A stretch of DNA of 64,000 bases from Chiloscyllium plagiosum (GCF_004010195.1 NC_057734.1:29857564-29921563), one strand, 5' to 3'. Shown: positions 12,780 through 28,000, counted from the stretch's first letter. The notes: a model not told the origin generated them from the sequence alone. A program made the numbers and translations.

Positions 12780-12941
12780 CAGAGTTTGCCGGAACGGTGT
12801 CTGTGGGACCGGATTCCAGCCGGAATCCTTTCGCAAGGTGCCGACGGACACTTCCGGTGGGGGCACGTGTGTGCTGGATTTTACTGTCAATTCAGATTTC
12901 TGTTGTATTTCTGCGTCTGTTACGGTTTTCTTCCTCAGACA
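12780..12941 (+). promoter_or_regulatory. DHX37 CpG-rich, TATA-less promoter/5'UTR with ETS-type CCGGAA sites and a CACGTG E-box
   Basis: Local CpG enrichment; CCGGAA at 12789 and 12820, ACTTCCGG at 12850-12857, CACGTG at 12864-12869, just upstream of the ATG. Confidence 0.65.
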
Positions 12942-13053
12942 ATGGGCAGATTGCGGAAAAGGCACAATTGGAAAGCAAGACTTCAGGTTCAGAGCGTGGA
13001 ACCCTCTTCAGAACAGTCCTGCAGTGGCCTTAAAGTTGAGATTGAACTGGAAG
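12942..13053 (+). CDS. DHX37: DHX37 coding exon 1
   Basis: ATG at 12942, [15 protein letters not shown]...EIELE; donor AAG|gtgtgc; phase 1 matches exon 2. Confidence 0.9.
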
Positions 13054-16000
13054 GTGTGCATGAAAATAAATGTTTTACTCAACTCTATCCTTCATCTGAA
13101 AGTCTTCAATAGGATATGTGGCCCACGTAAAATAAAATGGGGTGACAGCATGCTGCCACAAAAAAACAACACTTTAATTGGCGTGAACTTGTTTAATTTG
13201 TTCCCTAACGCGTTAGACACATCTAGATGAGTATTTATAGTTAAACTCTGAACCCTGTGGCAAACTGTTGTATTTCAATATTTGCATCAGTAATATCGAC
13301 TGACTCCAGCACCTTTTCTTTGACGAGCCTCATGTAGCCCAGTCTCGCTCTGCTAAAAGTACCAGTCTCATCTGAGGTAGAAACTTATGATGCAAACGGA
13401 GTCTGTTTGGCTTGTTTCTGTGCTTTGCCGAGATAGAGTGATCCCGATCTCGCCTTTTTGATTTTTGTCTGTATTCATGCAAGTCGCAGCACTGGAAATG
13501 TACATCTAAGTGTTTTTTTTAAACACAATGAGGGTATCTGCCTTTACCAACCTTGGAGAAAGGGAGGACTGCCAACCTTTCCAACAGCGAGTTTCGGGTC
13601 TCTACCACACTCTGGGTGGGAAGTGAAATCTCGAATTCATCTCTAGTTTTTCTGGCAATTACTTATGTTCTCTAGCTGTTGGCCTCTGCAATGAAAAATA
13701 GGACCTTCCTATCCACTTTATCATAAAACTACAATATAAAGGAGTAGAGTTTGGCCATTTAGCCCATCGAATCTACTCTGTCATTTGACTATGGCTGACG
13801 TTTCTGAACCCCGTTCTCCTGCCTCCTCTCTGTAACCCTAGATCCCCTTTTGAACAAGAACCCATCCACCACTATCTTAAAGACACTCAAAGATTTGGCC
13901 TTCACGGTCCCCTCCATAATATTTTGTATCTTAATTAAATCATCCCTCAGTATTCTTTAAATATGAGGATATAATTGGGAGCAATTACCACACCATTGTG
14001 TGTGTATGTTCTGAATGTCATGAACAAGAAAGAAGAAAAATGTGGATGCCGATATATTCTTTGTAGCTGTTGACAAGAGCTTTAGTAGCGAATGATTATT
14101 TCATCAATACTAGAAAGATCAGCTGGAAAATCACGTGAGATTCTTTTCAAATAATACAATGTTTCCATACATTTTGATATCTGAATTACAAAGATATGTG
14201 CTGTAATAGTTTTATTTTGCATTTTGGTTGTTCTCTGCATCTCTTCCTGTTGTGCTGTTGAACATACAAAATCATTTATGCTACTGCAGATGGAGTTACA
14301 CTCAAAGGTGTTGATGAAAGTAACGCTCTAGTTTTACCTGCAAAGAGAGCAAAAAGAAAGCCGGTGATCGAAGATGTTAGAAAATCAAAGCAACCTTTGA
14401 GCAAGAAACAGAGGAAACAACTGGAGAAAATTCTAGAACAGAAGGAGAAGAAAACACAGGTGAACTATAAAATGCATGTTTTAAAAACTAATGTTTTAAA
14501 ACTAGACAAAGTCTGTTTAAACAAGATGTTTCAACACTGATGGAGTGCTTATCTTTATAATTTTGCACGATATTCTTTCTATACTGAATGCAAAAACAGC
14601 ATTAAACAAATCTCTTATTCATAGTAACAGAGCTGGTCAAGGCATACACAGTTGCAAAAAAAGCAAGGAGGTTTTATCTGTTTGGCTTAACAAAATGTGT
14701 ATATTTTGAGTGGCTATTTAATTTTCTTTTCCTATTTTCCATCACAGAGAAAAGAGATTCTGAATAAGTTGGCAGAATGCCAGGTCTCAGAATCTGAGAT
14801 GAAGCTTTTCTATACCACCTCAAAAATGGGCATCGGAAAGCGCATGTACCAACCTAAGCTGTATGTTATTTTCTTATTTTTCATTAAGACTAAACCCTAT
14901 TTGTTTAGTCAGGGTTGGACGGTTTGAATGTGCACTTAATGCTTCATATTTATTTTACTGTCATAGTTGGGTATGCTGATGAAAAGTAAAATACCAATGC
15001 ATCTCTTTCAGCCTTATAGTTTAAATTATACTCATAAAAGATGAAAAAGAGCAATGTCTTACATTATAGCCTCAAATATGACAAAAATCTTTCCAAAAAA
15101 ACATCTCTTTTACATAGAATCTTTTCCATGTTGTTTTAGATGTTAACTGCAATATACTAATATCAAGACCAAAACTTAGTGATTTCATAACTCCAGTCTC
15201 ACACAATTCTCAATCCCATTGCTTTTGGTACACAATCTGTACTTTGGCACTATTGAAGATCAGCTGAATGTTGTAATTGTAATTGAAGCATTTTTATTTT
15301 AAAGACTAAAGTGGAAAGAAAAGAAATCCAAGCATGATCACATGATGTGGGAGGTGGGTGTGGGCTTCAATTTTACTGAAGGAAAAATTTTACTGAAGGA
15401 CCTGTTTTGGCCATCAAAAAAAATGCAGCATGTAATAGATACTGTATAATCTGTCCCATGCTAAATAACTTGGTGCCAGATTACCAGTTTTACACTTTAC
15501 TTGTGGGAAGTGTATTAATTTCTATACTATGTTCTCATTTTGGTTTGATAGAATGGTTTGCTACTACTTTTATGTTTTAGATCTGGAAAGGAGGCTAACA
15601 GTCAGTGCAGAATCAGTAGTGTTAGCGGGGCCAATAAGAAAAGACACAGAAGAAGCTCTGAGATTGTGGACCCAGTGCCGGAATCTGAGACAAGCCCCTC
15701 TTCAGACAGTTCAGATGAGGAAGAACAAATGAATGATGCAGAGAAGATGAAAAATGACAGCACGCAGTCAAGTGAAGAGCGGGATGTCAACGCTGATGAA
15801 CAAATTCAAAACTCCTTGAGCAGTACAGAGACGACAGCTGAGAAGCCACCAGCATCAGTATTGATTAATAAGAAAACCAGTCTAAATGTGACGCAGCAGC
15901 CTTTCTCAGAACCTGCTATTTTCATTCCAGTGGACAGAACCCCAAAGATTCAGGTAGTCAATTGTGGTGAATTGCAAAATATGTTTTTACATTTCAAATT

Positions 16001-19000
16001 TAAATTCAAACATTATTTAAGTAAGGAATTAATATTGACTGAAATCCATATTCTTAAAAGGCAATTCTTTTGGTATTGTAATTTCTTGATGACCAATACC
16101 ATTGTAGGTGTTGAAAGTCCTGTTGTGATGCTATCTTGTGTATTTACATATTGTGTCTTGGCTGTTTTATACATTCCATTGTGACTAAACTATTATGGGA
16201 GCAGGAGTAATTCAAATTTTTTTATAGGGCAGTTTTTTTTTTCTTTTTAGTTTTCCTGTTTATTACGACAATGAGCAGATAATATGTCTATTGTACAAAT
16301 GGTAATTTGAAAGGCATAAAGATCAGATTTTTAAAAATGCTACCTGTCTTTGTACTAGTGTTATGTATTTAAACAATAATTTCTAAACTTGACAGTGCTG
16401 TGAGTATAAAATAGAACTGTTTGACAAAGGGGAATATAACTTCAGTATTAATTTGTGTCACATGTAATTGGTTCAGAATCATGGAAGTGTTATGGTGTGG
16501 TGTGTCCCACTGACTCTCCAAATGAGCTCCATGAATTAGTAGCATTTTCCTGCATTTTTTCCATATCCTTGCACATTATTTCTATTTAAATAAGCATCTC
16601 ATGCCTTCTTGAATGCCTCAGTTGAACTTGTCTCCACCACATGTCTATGCAGTGTATTCCAGTTCCAAAACATGTATCTCACACATCAATTTATTATTTT
16701 TGCAAGTCACTTTAAATCTATGCCCTCGCTCGTTTTATGAGTGGGTATAGTTTCTCACTATCTACTCTGTTGAGGACACTTGTGATTTTGCAAGCTTCTG
16801 TCAGATCTCTAGGCCTTCTCCTCCCTAAAGAGAAGAGTTCCAGCCTCTCCAATCCATACTCGACTGAATTAAGTCACAGGTTTGGAGCTTATAGCAGCCA
16901 GTGAAATTCAGCTTGATATAAGCTGCGTGAATTGGGTCATCAATGGAGAAGGGTCCAATAAGAAAAGTCAATCATTAAAAGTATTTTAGTAGACTCGTAC
17001 TGTTTATGGTAACCTACTTGTATTTTTATTAACAATTTATAAATTAACGATCTTTAAAGGAGGCATTTTCTCTTCTTCCAGGAAGCTCGTCTGCAGTTAC
17101 CAATTCTAGCGGAAGAACAAGTTGTCATGGAGGCCATTAAACATAACCCTGTGGTAGTTGTTTGTGGTGAGACAGGGAGTGGTAAAACTACGCAGGTGCC
17201 CCAGTTTCTCTACGAAGCTGGATATGCAAGGTACAGTGCACTTAAGTTTATAAAAAGTGTAATGTCACTGAATTGCAGATCACCACCAAATTGTGACCGC
17301 AGAATGAGGCCATTTATCCCATCCTGCCTGCACCAGCTCTCTGAATGAGCAATAACTTGGTGCCATCTCCCTCTTTCTTTCCATAACCCTGTACATTCTT
17401 GCTTTTCAGATAATAGTCTGATTCCCTTTTGAATGCTTCAGTTGAATCTGCCTCCACCATACCCTCTCAGGCAGTGCATTCCAGAACTTGACCTGTCCCT
17501 GCATCAAAACATATTTCCTCATGTTGATTTGCTTCTTCTATCAATTACTTTAAATCAGTGCCCTCTCATTCTTGATCCTGTCATGATTTTAGCATGTTCT
17601 CCCTATCTGTTCTGTCAAAACCGCTCATAGTTTTGAATATCTCTATTAAATCTTCTCATGGCCTTCTTTTCTCCAAGGAAAATAGTCTTAACATCTCCAG
17701 AGCTCTGTCTTCATAATTGAAGTCATAGAGGTGTACAGCACAAAAACAGATTCTTCAGTCTAACTCATCTATGCCAATCAGATATCCTAAACTAATTCTG
17801 TCCCATTTGCTAGCACTTGGCCCATATCCCTCTAAATCCTTTCTATTCATATACCCATCCACATGTCTTTTAAATGATGTAATTGTACCATCCTCCTCCA
17901 GTTCCTCTGACAGCTCATTCCATACACGCACCACCCTTTGCGTGAAGAATTGCCTCTTAGGTCCCTTTTAAATTTTTCCCCCTCTCACCCTAAATCTATG
18001 CCCTCTAGTTCTGGACTCCCCCACCCCAGGGAAAAGACTTAGTGTATTTACCCTATCCATGCCCCTCATGATTTTATAAACCTCTATGAAGTCTTACTAA
18101 AATTCTCAGCTGTTGTATTAGGATTTGAATTTATGTTTCTGCATCATTAGTCCATGTATTTCAGTTTACTGGTCTAATAACATAACGGTTATAGTACTGT
18201 ATCCCACTATATGACAGCATTCAACATAAAGTCAAGAATGTGGTGCTGGAAAAGCACAACAGGTCAGGCAGCATCCGAGGAGCAGGAGAATCATTGTTTC
18301 AGGCATAAGCCTGATGAAGGGCTTATGCCCAAAAAGTCGATTCTCCTGCTCTTTGGATGCTGCCTGACCTGCTGTGTTTTTCCAGCACTACACTCTCGAC
18401 TCTGATCTCCACATCTGCAATCCTCAATTTCTACTAGCATTCAACGTGGAGTTTACTGCAAAATGCTGATAAAATTCCATTTCCCATTCTTGGATCAGCT
18501 GTATCAGTATTCTTCCAAACAAAAGGAGATATAAAATATTGCAAGTGAAGAAATTCTTCCTAGCATAATTTACCATCATATGACAGTGACAAGACAGACC
18601 GCATATTTTGTTCAGCTTGTCAGTGGGTACCAATAAAACAATTCTCTTCCCTGTGTCCATTTCTGGTTTTATTATAGTCTAGGCCATTTAGGATGTTTTG
18701 ACATCTTTCATATAATGTCTGTTTTTATTATTTTCCATGATGATTATTTTAAAATTCTGAGGTTTGTTGTTGAGTTTTAAGCAACCTATCCTCACCCCCT
18801 CCTTTAGAAGATGTGATCCTATTTCACATTACAAATTTTGAACAGTTGCTGGTTCACGGTTCTCATTAATTATTACTAAGAAAAACATCTGATCTGAGAA
18901 AGTGTCCACTGCAGATGTTAAGCCATAAACATTTTTCTGGTCATTGTCTACAGTGGTAATGGAATCATTGGGATCACAGAGCCCAGGCGGGTAGCAGCTA

Positions 19001-22000
19001 TAAGTATGTCCCAGCGGGTTGCAACAGAAATGAATCTTTCACACAGGTAACAATGTTTCTTAATGTGAACTTAAAAAAAACCTCGGGATTGGGGAAGGGA
19101 GGAGGTCAACAAAAACAGTAATGTTCAAGATTTTACCTTATTGGATCATATGTGCATATGAAGGAGTTTCTGGCAGAAATAAAAGTTAAATTTATCTTTG
19201 CATTAATATGGAGATATTTCAAGTTGCTAATGCAAATAGATCTTGCTGTACTGATTTGGGGTTCATCTGTCATTGAAGTGACATTACCAAAAGAATTGCA
19301 AGCCTTCAGGTCCACAGATTTCAACTAAACAAGTCAGTATATGGAAGTAAATATATATAATAGTATTTCTTATCAAATGGTACCTTTTAGTAATTATATT
19401 CCCTAGCAATCATATGCTTGACTGTTAGATACACACCACAATTGCCAATTGCTAAGTTATGTGCGGGTGTAGTGTCTGTATAATTAGCCTAATTTTTGTT
19501 TCCATTTTCTCCTTATTGGTTGTATCTTTATCTGGTGTGCAATACTTAGTTTTTATTGTGAAGGTCATATAACGACAGCTGATATTGTTGAAGAGTGTAG
19601 CTATGCTGTATATTTAACTTACTGCATTTGTAGGGTGGTTTCCTATCAAATACGATATGAAGGAAATACAACTGAAGACACAAAAATAAAGTTTATGACA
19701 GATGGAGTGCTTCTAAAAGAAGTACAGAGGGTGAGTTGAATTTCCTTGTTGAATATTTGTTGAGTAGGAAAAGCAATTAATTGATGAGGATGGATTACAG
19801 GGTGAGAACTATTTTGCATAATTTTTTGTAATTACTACAAAAGCTTTAATACAACTGAATACTGAACCCTGAATACATCAAAATGTCGGAGTATGTAATC
19901 CTAATTGTCTATACGCAACTATCTTGACTATGCAAAACTACTGGTTCACTTAAGGGTCTAACTGCAGGCTGTCTGTTGATGCATTGGCTGGATGGTATGA
20001 AGCTGCTTATCTTCACATTGTTGTGATATGAAGGAAATGGTGGATCTCTCATGACCATCTGTTTGCAGATTTTCAATATTTGACCAAAGTTAGCAGAGTA
20101 TAGTTGTACTCCGTAATGCCAAATTAAGAGCCATTGAGAACTGTATTTAAAAGGCGAGCTTGAGATACAGAGCTGAACTCTATTAATGTGATACTTCAGC
20201 AATGTGATGTGCCACATTCCTAAGGTTGTGCTACAAGCTATGGACATACAAATATGTAAACATCGAAGGGAACTTGCAGAAGGAGAGGAGTAAGCTACAC
20301 ATGAAAATTGCCAAGACTTTGGTGATGTGTTGTTGGCCGGATGATTTTCAGTCTCACCATATTATGTTTTTGATGATAAAATGGTAAAGGTGTACATAAC
20401 ATAAAGTCTTTGTCACTTGTATATACAGTAGTCAAAACTAGGCTTTTGTTATTTATCAGTTTTGTTGACCTTCCTGTAATCATGTTGACCACAATTAACC
20501 AGAAATTGGTTTGTGAAAAAATGTTACTTATTCTTCCAGGATTTTTTACTCTCCAAATACAAAGTGATTATTATAGATGAAGCTCATGAGCGGAGTGTCT
20601 ATACAGATATACTGATTGGCCTGCTATCTCGTATTGTCCCTTTGCGAGAGAAGGTAAATAGGGTTTCTGTCGTATATGAGTCTTTTATTTAGATTTGTCT
20701 AAATGCAAACCTTCTGAAATGCAGAGCTGAATTTTTAATGTAAAATGCTTCATGTCTCACCTTTAATATATGCAGCCATAAATAAGAGAGAGAAGAATCT
20801 ACTGATGCTGAAAAATAATAGATAATAGATGTAATACTTGGATACACAATTACAGGAAAGTACTCTGCATATTCTGATATTATTTCCATTTATTTCCAGC
20901 AATCGTGTTGCACCTTTGTGGGCTTCACAATTGGTTGAAATATTCAAAGGGCGGGTTATTGAAGAAATTTTATTAAATATAATTGACAGGTACATTCCCT
21001 GTAATTCTGATTTTGATATTGACCTTACCAACACACTATTAGAGCCATATTGACATTACTAAGTGGATACTTTATGCTCATTATCTTTTAACCCACACTT
21101 ACACCCACAAAGTATTTTGCTTGTTCCAACAGAAAGGGCAACCGATGAAACTGATTATAATGTCTGCCACTCTACGTGTGGAGGATTTCATAGCAAACAA
21201 CAGACTGTTTCCAACTCCACCTCCTGTTGTTCAGGTAATTTTATCAAGTGTAGCAGAAATATTCACATAGGATTTATCAATTGAAGTCTGTTGTAGTTAG
21301 CTCAGTTAGCTGGACAGCTGATTTGCGATCCATAGGAACGTGAGCAGTGCAGTTTCAATTCCTATAAGGGTTGAGGTTTCCAAGAAGGTTCCGCTTCTCA
21401 ATCTAGCCTAAGGCATGATGACTCTCAGGTTAATCCACCACCATCTCTCTCTAATGAGAGATCAGCTCTCCGGTCATTTGGGACCATAGTGATTTTACTT
21501 GTAAGAAAACATTGAAATGTCTACTGTCAAATCTTTCTGGTGCACTTGAGTTTACTTTCAGCAATTTAAAGTGAGTGCAACCCAGTTGTTCCTTTGATAA
21601 TTTTTTTAAGGTGGATGCCAGACAATTTCCTGTCATTGTTCACTTTAATAAGCGAACTCCACTTGATGACTACGCAGGAGAGACTTTTAGGAAAGTCAGC
21701 AAAATCCATCGAATGTTACCTCCAGGTAAGCAAATTACTCTACTTATCTTTCCTTTCACAAGTTGCTGCTTTCCATTATAATTTAATTCCTTTTTGTTTG
21801 AATTCTTTTTTATTTAAGGATAGCTAGAATTTTCCAGCTTTTGGGCAATTCTTGTCAATGTGATGAATGAGAGCATAAGTTTGTCATTTAGAACACTTCT
21901 AGGATTTTCCCCAAAAATTAGATTAGAATGTCAGGCAAGACTTGAATATTTCCAGTTAGGATTAAGTTTTTAATTACTTTTTTTTCTCAAATTGCATATT

Positions 22001-25000
22001 GTTACTGAAGCATTTAGACTCCTTCTTCTGGAGTTTAATTTTGATTTGTAATTACTTGTCTCCAAATAGGAGGTATTTTAGTGTTTCTGACTGGACAGGC
22101 AGAAGTACATTCTATGTGCAGAAGATTGCGAAGAGCCTTTCCTTACAGACCCAACAGCAATATACAAGGTAAATGTTTTACACCACAGTACTCAAACATC
22201 TGTTTTTAAACACCATTGCATTTTTCTTTGTCAAATATTGGTTTGAGGTTGACTGATTATGTGTTGAAGACCATTCTGAAATGAGTCTTGTTCATAACTA
22301 TGTATTTGCTATGTGTCAACTTTTATTAGCTATTGGGCAACATGCTCTGGGTTGCATAAAAATAAATTTTGCATAGCTATGAATGGTGTTAACAGGTAAA
22401 ACAAATCAGCCTTTATTATGTAATACTGTCATATAATCTTTCACTTCTCAACCTTTATTTTCTGATCTTTCCATGGCGTTTTTTTTCCAGATTTCTGTAA
22501 TTTTCTCCAGCCCTGCAACGTTCCGAGATTCATATAATTCTGACCTGTTGAGCAACTTTAATTGTTACACATTGGTGACCATACTTTCAGTTACTTAGCT
22601 CACAAATTCCAAATCCTCTTTCCTTGTCCTTTACCTTGCTCCTTAAAACCAATCTCTTCGATACACTATTTGGCGATCTGCCCTATGTGTAATTTTGCTG
22701 TGTGATTTTTCAGTGAAGGCTGTTAAGATGTTTTATTATATTGAAGGTGTTGTGTGAATTTGGATTGTTGTCTAATGTTGATGCCCTGTTGAAACATATA
22801 AGAGCTTAAGTTTCCTAACCAGAAAAGAAGTTGCTGAAAACTTTTTCTTTCTGTCGATTTCCAGAGATTTGCTGTGGATGAGAATGATTTCTTGCTACTC
22901 ATGACTAAATCCTAAAGGTGGTTGTCAAGGATGTGTTCACAATTTTGCTACAAATAAATTTAGGAAATATTCCACGGAGTGTTAAATTGATGGTTAAAAA
23001 TATTTGTCAGAAATGTTCATGGTATATCATTTTGGGCCATTAATATTGAATTGTGGTGCTGTCTTGAAATAGGAAGCATCTGTTGACTATTTCAGTAGGT
23101 TTTCCCAAGTTCTAGCCAGTAGGTTTGACTGACAGCAGTGCTTCCCAAAATTATTCCCATTGTGATCCAAATTTCAGTACTTAAAATTGGTGCGGCCCTA
23201 GAGAGAGTCATTGGGAATGGGGAATTTGTCCACGATTATTTTGAAGATTTTGCTGTGACCTCAGCTAAGAACCACATGCGTGAATGTAATGGTGATACCA
23301 ATACTGTCCGGTTACAGTCTCTGCCTAGTCACCTGCCTTGGAGCTTGCAGTCCTAAATGATTGCCCAAATAGGTGTCACAACTCACAGCCTGTGAACCCC
23401 ATCAGATCTGAATTTGCAAAGATCCCAAACATGGTTTCCTAAGAAGGGGCTCTCTTTGTCAGACCTCTTGAGAGTCGCACTGAGTATTTAAGCATATTTA
23501 GATGTTAAGTGCTTATTGTTGATTGGGCTCAATTCTAAAATTATGATGTGTAAATTTAAATAAAAATTAATGATCACATTGCTGGAATTTGGGCAATTAA
23601 GGCAGTTATTAACAAAGCATGAGTGTTCCTCAGTCATACAAAGTTGGAAGGTTTGTATGAGAATGACTACATCTAAACAATGGAGGCTCAGTATGTTTCA
23701 CGTTGTTGTTTATTTTCATTCAAACTCTAGAAGTTGATGCTGCCTCATATGATTCAGTTGAAGCAACCAGGAAATTTAAAAAGGCCAAACCTAAACCTGT
23801 AAGTGTTATGATATTTTATTCTGTACTTTAATTTGAGTATTATGATAGTATTATAAAGCCAGTATATCCTTTTGCTTAATATTCTAATACAAAGACAACA
23901 GAGCATGAATCATTGAACCCATGTCTATCTTGTTGAATTAACTTAAAAGCAAGCATGAAGATGCTGTGGAATTTCCCTCATCCATTTCATCCATTTAATT
24001 AACCTGGTGGATTCAACAGTACCTGAAATTGAGAAACAATTTATGACTTTAGGCACCAGTTTATAGTTACCTGATTGCTGTAACTGCCTTCTAAAGAAAC
24101 AGTGTCTGAACTGTCTCCAGCAGCACTTGTTTTAATTGCTTCAACAAGGGCCTGTTTGTGGAGAAACCTGCAGGAGAGTGATCCTTGAAAAGCAGCACAA
24201 GTACCTAATTTATCTTGCACTTTAAGCATTGCTTTTTAAAAAAAATCTCTCATTATGTACAAAATGAGTAAGTAGTATAGATAAAAACTACAGTGTCTGG
24301 ACTTCCTGGACTTGACACCACAAGCTTTTTTAAAAATGTTAATTGTGAGAGGTGGGTGTCATTGGCAGAGCCAGGTAAAAGTGAGCCACTTTCTTGAACT
24401 GATGCAGCCCATATGATAAAGATACTCCCAAAGTGCTGTTCATTAAGGGACGCAGGACTTGGATGCAGTAGTGAAGTCAGGATAATGTGTAACTTGGAGG
24501 GGAATTTTCAAGTGTTGGTATTCAGACATGCCTGCTAACCTGGTCTTTCTAGGGAGTAAAGGTTTTTTTAACCGAAAAGACAAATCAAGTTTCTGTTGCG
24601 CTGCCTCCAAACGTCAGTTTGGTTATTGTTTTAAGTTAATGGAAGTCCTTTTAAGTTTAAGAAGCAGTTTTATCCCTATAATTGGCTATCTAAAGCCATG
24701 TCCTCCAGTTACTCTGACAATATTGAGGTGATTAGCAGTTATGTGTTCTTTATCACTGTGACTATAACACTGTATCAACTTTTGGTTTTATTTCTTTTAC
24801 ACAGAATTTGCCAAAAATTAACCTTGATAATTACTCTGCAATGCCAGCGGATGAGGGAGATGAAGATCGAGAAGCTGGGATTGATGATGAAGATGAAATT
24901 GCCTCTGATCTAGATCTGGATTTGGGTGACGGTGATGATTGTGAAGAAGGTACATAATATTACAATTGTCACTTCTGTCAGCTCCCTAAAAATCAAGTAG

Positions 25001-28000
25001 TGGAGAATATCAGTGTTTTGTAGGCTGAAAAGTTAGACTAATCCAAATTTGAATCAAATGGCCATGTTTATATTTTAGCGAATGCACTGGCAGATTGCAT
25101 GGGTATGTTTTTTGAAGTGATATTAGGGATTTGCACACAACTTTTCCTGGTATGTGGTTTTTATAAAATCAATCTTTGTATCTATTTTCTCTATACACAG
25201 TTGAGAAATCAGATCCTTCTCTTCCACTGTATGTTCTTCCACTCTTTTCATTGTTGGCGGCAGAGAAACAAGTGAAGGTGAGCATTTGCTTCCCTGACTA
25301 AAGTTTAAATGCTGAAATGTGAAGTATTGGAAAAAGCAGATAAATGCTCACACTTTGCAGCTATGTTGACAGCATATTTAAATGGGAACGATAATATTAA
25401 TCCCTTATGATATTAAACATGAACGTTCTGAGAAATTTAGTATCTATATTGGAACTTCAATTAACATGCAGAATGTTGATTGCTTTCCCTGATTTCATAC
25501 ACTCCTCGCTGAATTACAAAATTATGTAGTATTTCGACTTCAGTGTTTTTAGTTCGGTTCTCTTATGTGGAAAAAGTAAATGTATGTTTGTAAATGCACA
25601 CATTGATGAGATGTAATTTAACAACTTGGGGAACAGTAAATGTTGCCCTAGCCAGCAATGCCCATGTCCCATGAACAATTTTTTAAAAAAAAATCAGTCT
25701 TTTGGCCTGGTTCATCATTTACTGAGATCAAACTGATCTGATTGTGGCCATTGCTCTACTTTCCTTGACTTCCTGGTAGATTGAAAACTGTTCAGTTCAA
25801 TTGAATATATTCAGTGAACCAGCCCACACTCCTGTCTTTGGAGCATTGGATTATGCTACATTCCTTCACTGACTAACATTGAGCGCTGTGTTATTTTGTA
25901 CAGATTCTGACAGGGAATGGTTGGTTCATTTGTAACTTGAGTATGTGTGGTTTTGCTGCACTTTGTGAAAACTGACAGCAAATGCACTAACTGTTGATGA
26001 CTATTTTTGTTTCTTTTTTTTCCCAGTCAATAGTATATTGTGGAGGTTGCTGTAGGTTTCAGCAAAAACTTTTGAAATAAACAATACTGAAGATTTCAGA
26101 CTAGCAGAGTGATTTTCTAAGTCGGGTACTTTCTCAAAGAATTGAAACACATCCTCGGGAATCCCTCGTCTTTTCTGTAAAAGTGTCAGTTAACTGAAGA
26201 AAATCATAATTTAAAATGTTTGAAATTAATATGGCAACCGGAATTAAGTGGTACAAAGTCAACAAACAAAGAATTTGCAAAACAATGTACCCCTGGGTGG
26301 AGAAAAATTTTAACAACAAAGAGAATATCTGTCCCAAGAACCTGTTATGAGCTTCCTGATGATCACTAACCATAAGTTAAAAAGATATAAATGAATATAT
26401 TTGTGCAAAATACATTTTTATTTACTCCAAATTAGAAGGAAATTAGAAATCAGTATCATGAAATTCTAAATTCTGTTACTTAGGTATTTCGTCCACCTCC
26501 AAATGGCACACGGTTGTGTGTGGTAGCAACCAATGTAGCTGAAACGTCTCTTACTATCCCAAATATTAAATACGTGGTGGACTGTGGAAAAGTGAAGAAA
26601 CGTTTTTATGATAAAGTGACTGGAGTCTCATCATTCAAAATCACCTGGATCGCTCAGGCTTCAGCAAATCAAAGAGCAGGTCGTGCTGGTCGTACAGAAC
26701 CAGGTCACTGTTACAGGTCAGTTCTGGAATTTAATATTAAATAGTAACCATTTTTAAAACTAGACCAGCTCAACAGGCCAAAATTCTGTTGGAAATGTGT
26801 TGCTGGAAAAGCGCAGCAGGTCAGACAGCATCCAGGGAACAGGAGAATCGACGTTTCGGGCATAAGCCCTTCCTCTGTTGTTTTGTGAAACAGTTGATTT
26901 TGAGTCCAAATCTGGAATCCTGCACTCAGTGAATTCTTAATGTTTCTGGACTGATAGAAGGTGAGTTGAGAGAGAACGCCTCCCACCTGCATTGTCAGGA
27001 TGAAAAGTTGTTAAGCTGATCTCAACTGTAGCATCTATATAGTTCCTAGTGGGACTGCATTGGTCTTAGGAGCTGGCCGTTAGAGAATGCTGTGGAAATT
27101 TGGCCAAGCCTACAAAAGGGAGAAAATCATATTTCTTTTAATTGTAGAAAAAAAGGTTAATTAGATTTGATTCGATCAATGTTTTCTTTACAATATAAAT
27201 GTTAAAAGTTTGATTTGACAATCATAGTCAGTGGAGGATGTTGTAAGTTTTACACAGGATGTTTAGTGATAATGCTATGGTACATTCCTCACAAGATGTG
27301 CATGTTGTCTTAAGTGTACAGCAGAATAGTTCAATCTTAGTCCGGACTTTGTAAAAGTCTTTTAAATCCCAACTGAGGATGGTCATTTATTTCTTCCAAA
27401 GCAATGAGCTTTGTCCATAATAACTGATTTAAAGAGTAATTCATGCATTCGATTCTCTCTAACGGAACCACATCACAGGGTGTGTGACCCTGAGAGTGCA
27501 AAGAAAAGCCCTAGTTTTCTTACAAGCGTGGCTCTTGCTGGAAATTTAGGAGCATGTTATCATCCCAGAGGATTTACTTACATGTTTGTGTGTTGATGAG
27601 CAAGTTATATACTGTGAATGTAATACTGTAAAAGCTGTAATGTCAATCCTTCAACTATGTTATATCTTATTTCTAACATATTTTTAGACACTAAGTAATG
27701 CTACTACTTTTCTTTTTATTCCTGTTTGCATCCAAGATTTGTACCTAAGTACTTGTACCTAAGGTGGCACCTTTAGAGACAGCCAATGTAAAAACATTTC
27801 ATTATGTTCCAGTATTTCTGTACTGGAGTATATGTGACAATAAAGGATATTCTGTATTCTATTCTGTTCTAATATTTACATCTAACTAGCTGCCTTTTAA
27901 AAACAAATTCATGTCCTAAGAATGTAAAATTATTGAATATTGTATTTGCTATTGAATTTCATGTCAATCCTGTAATATTTGGACATGTGAAGTATGGTAA

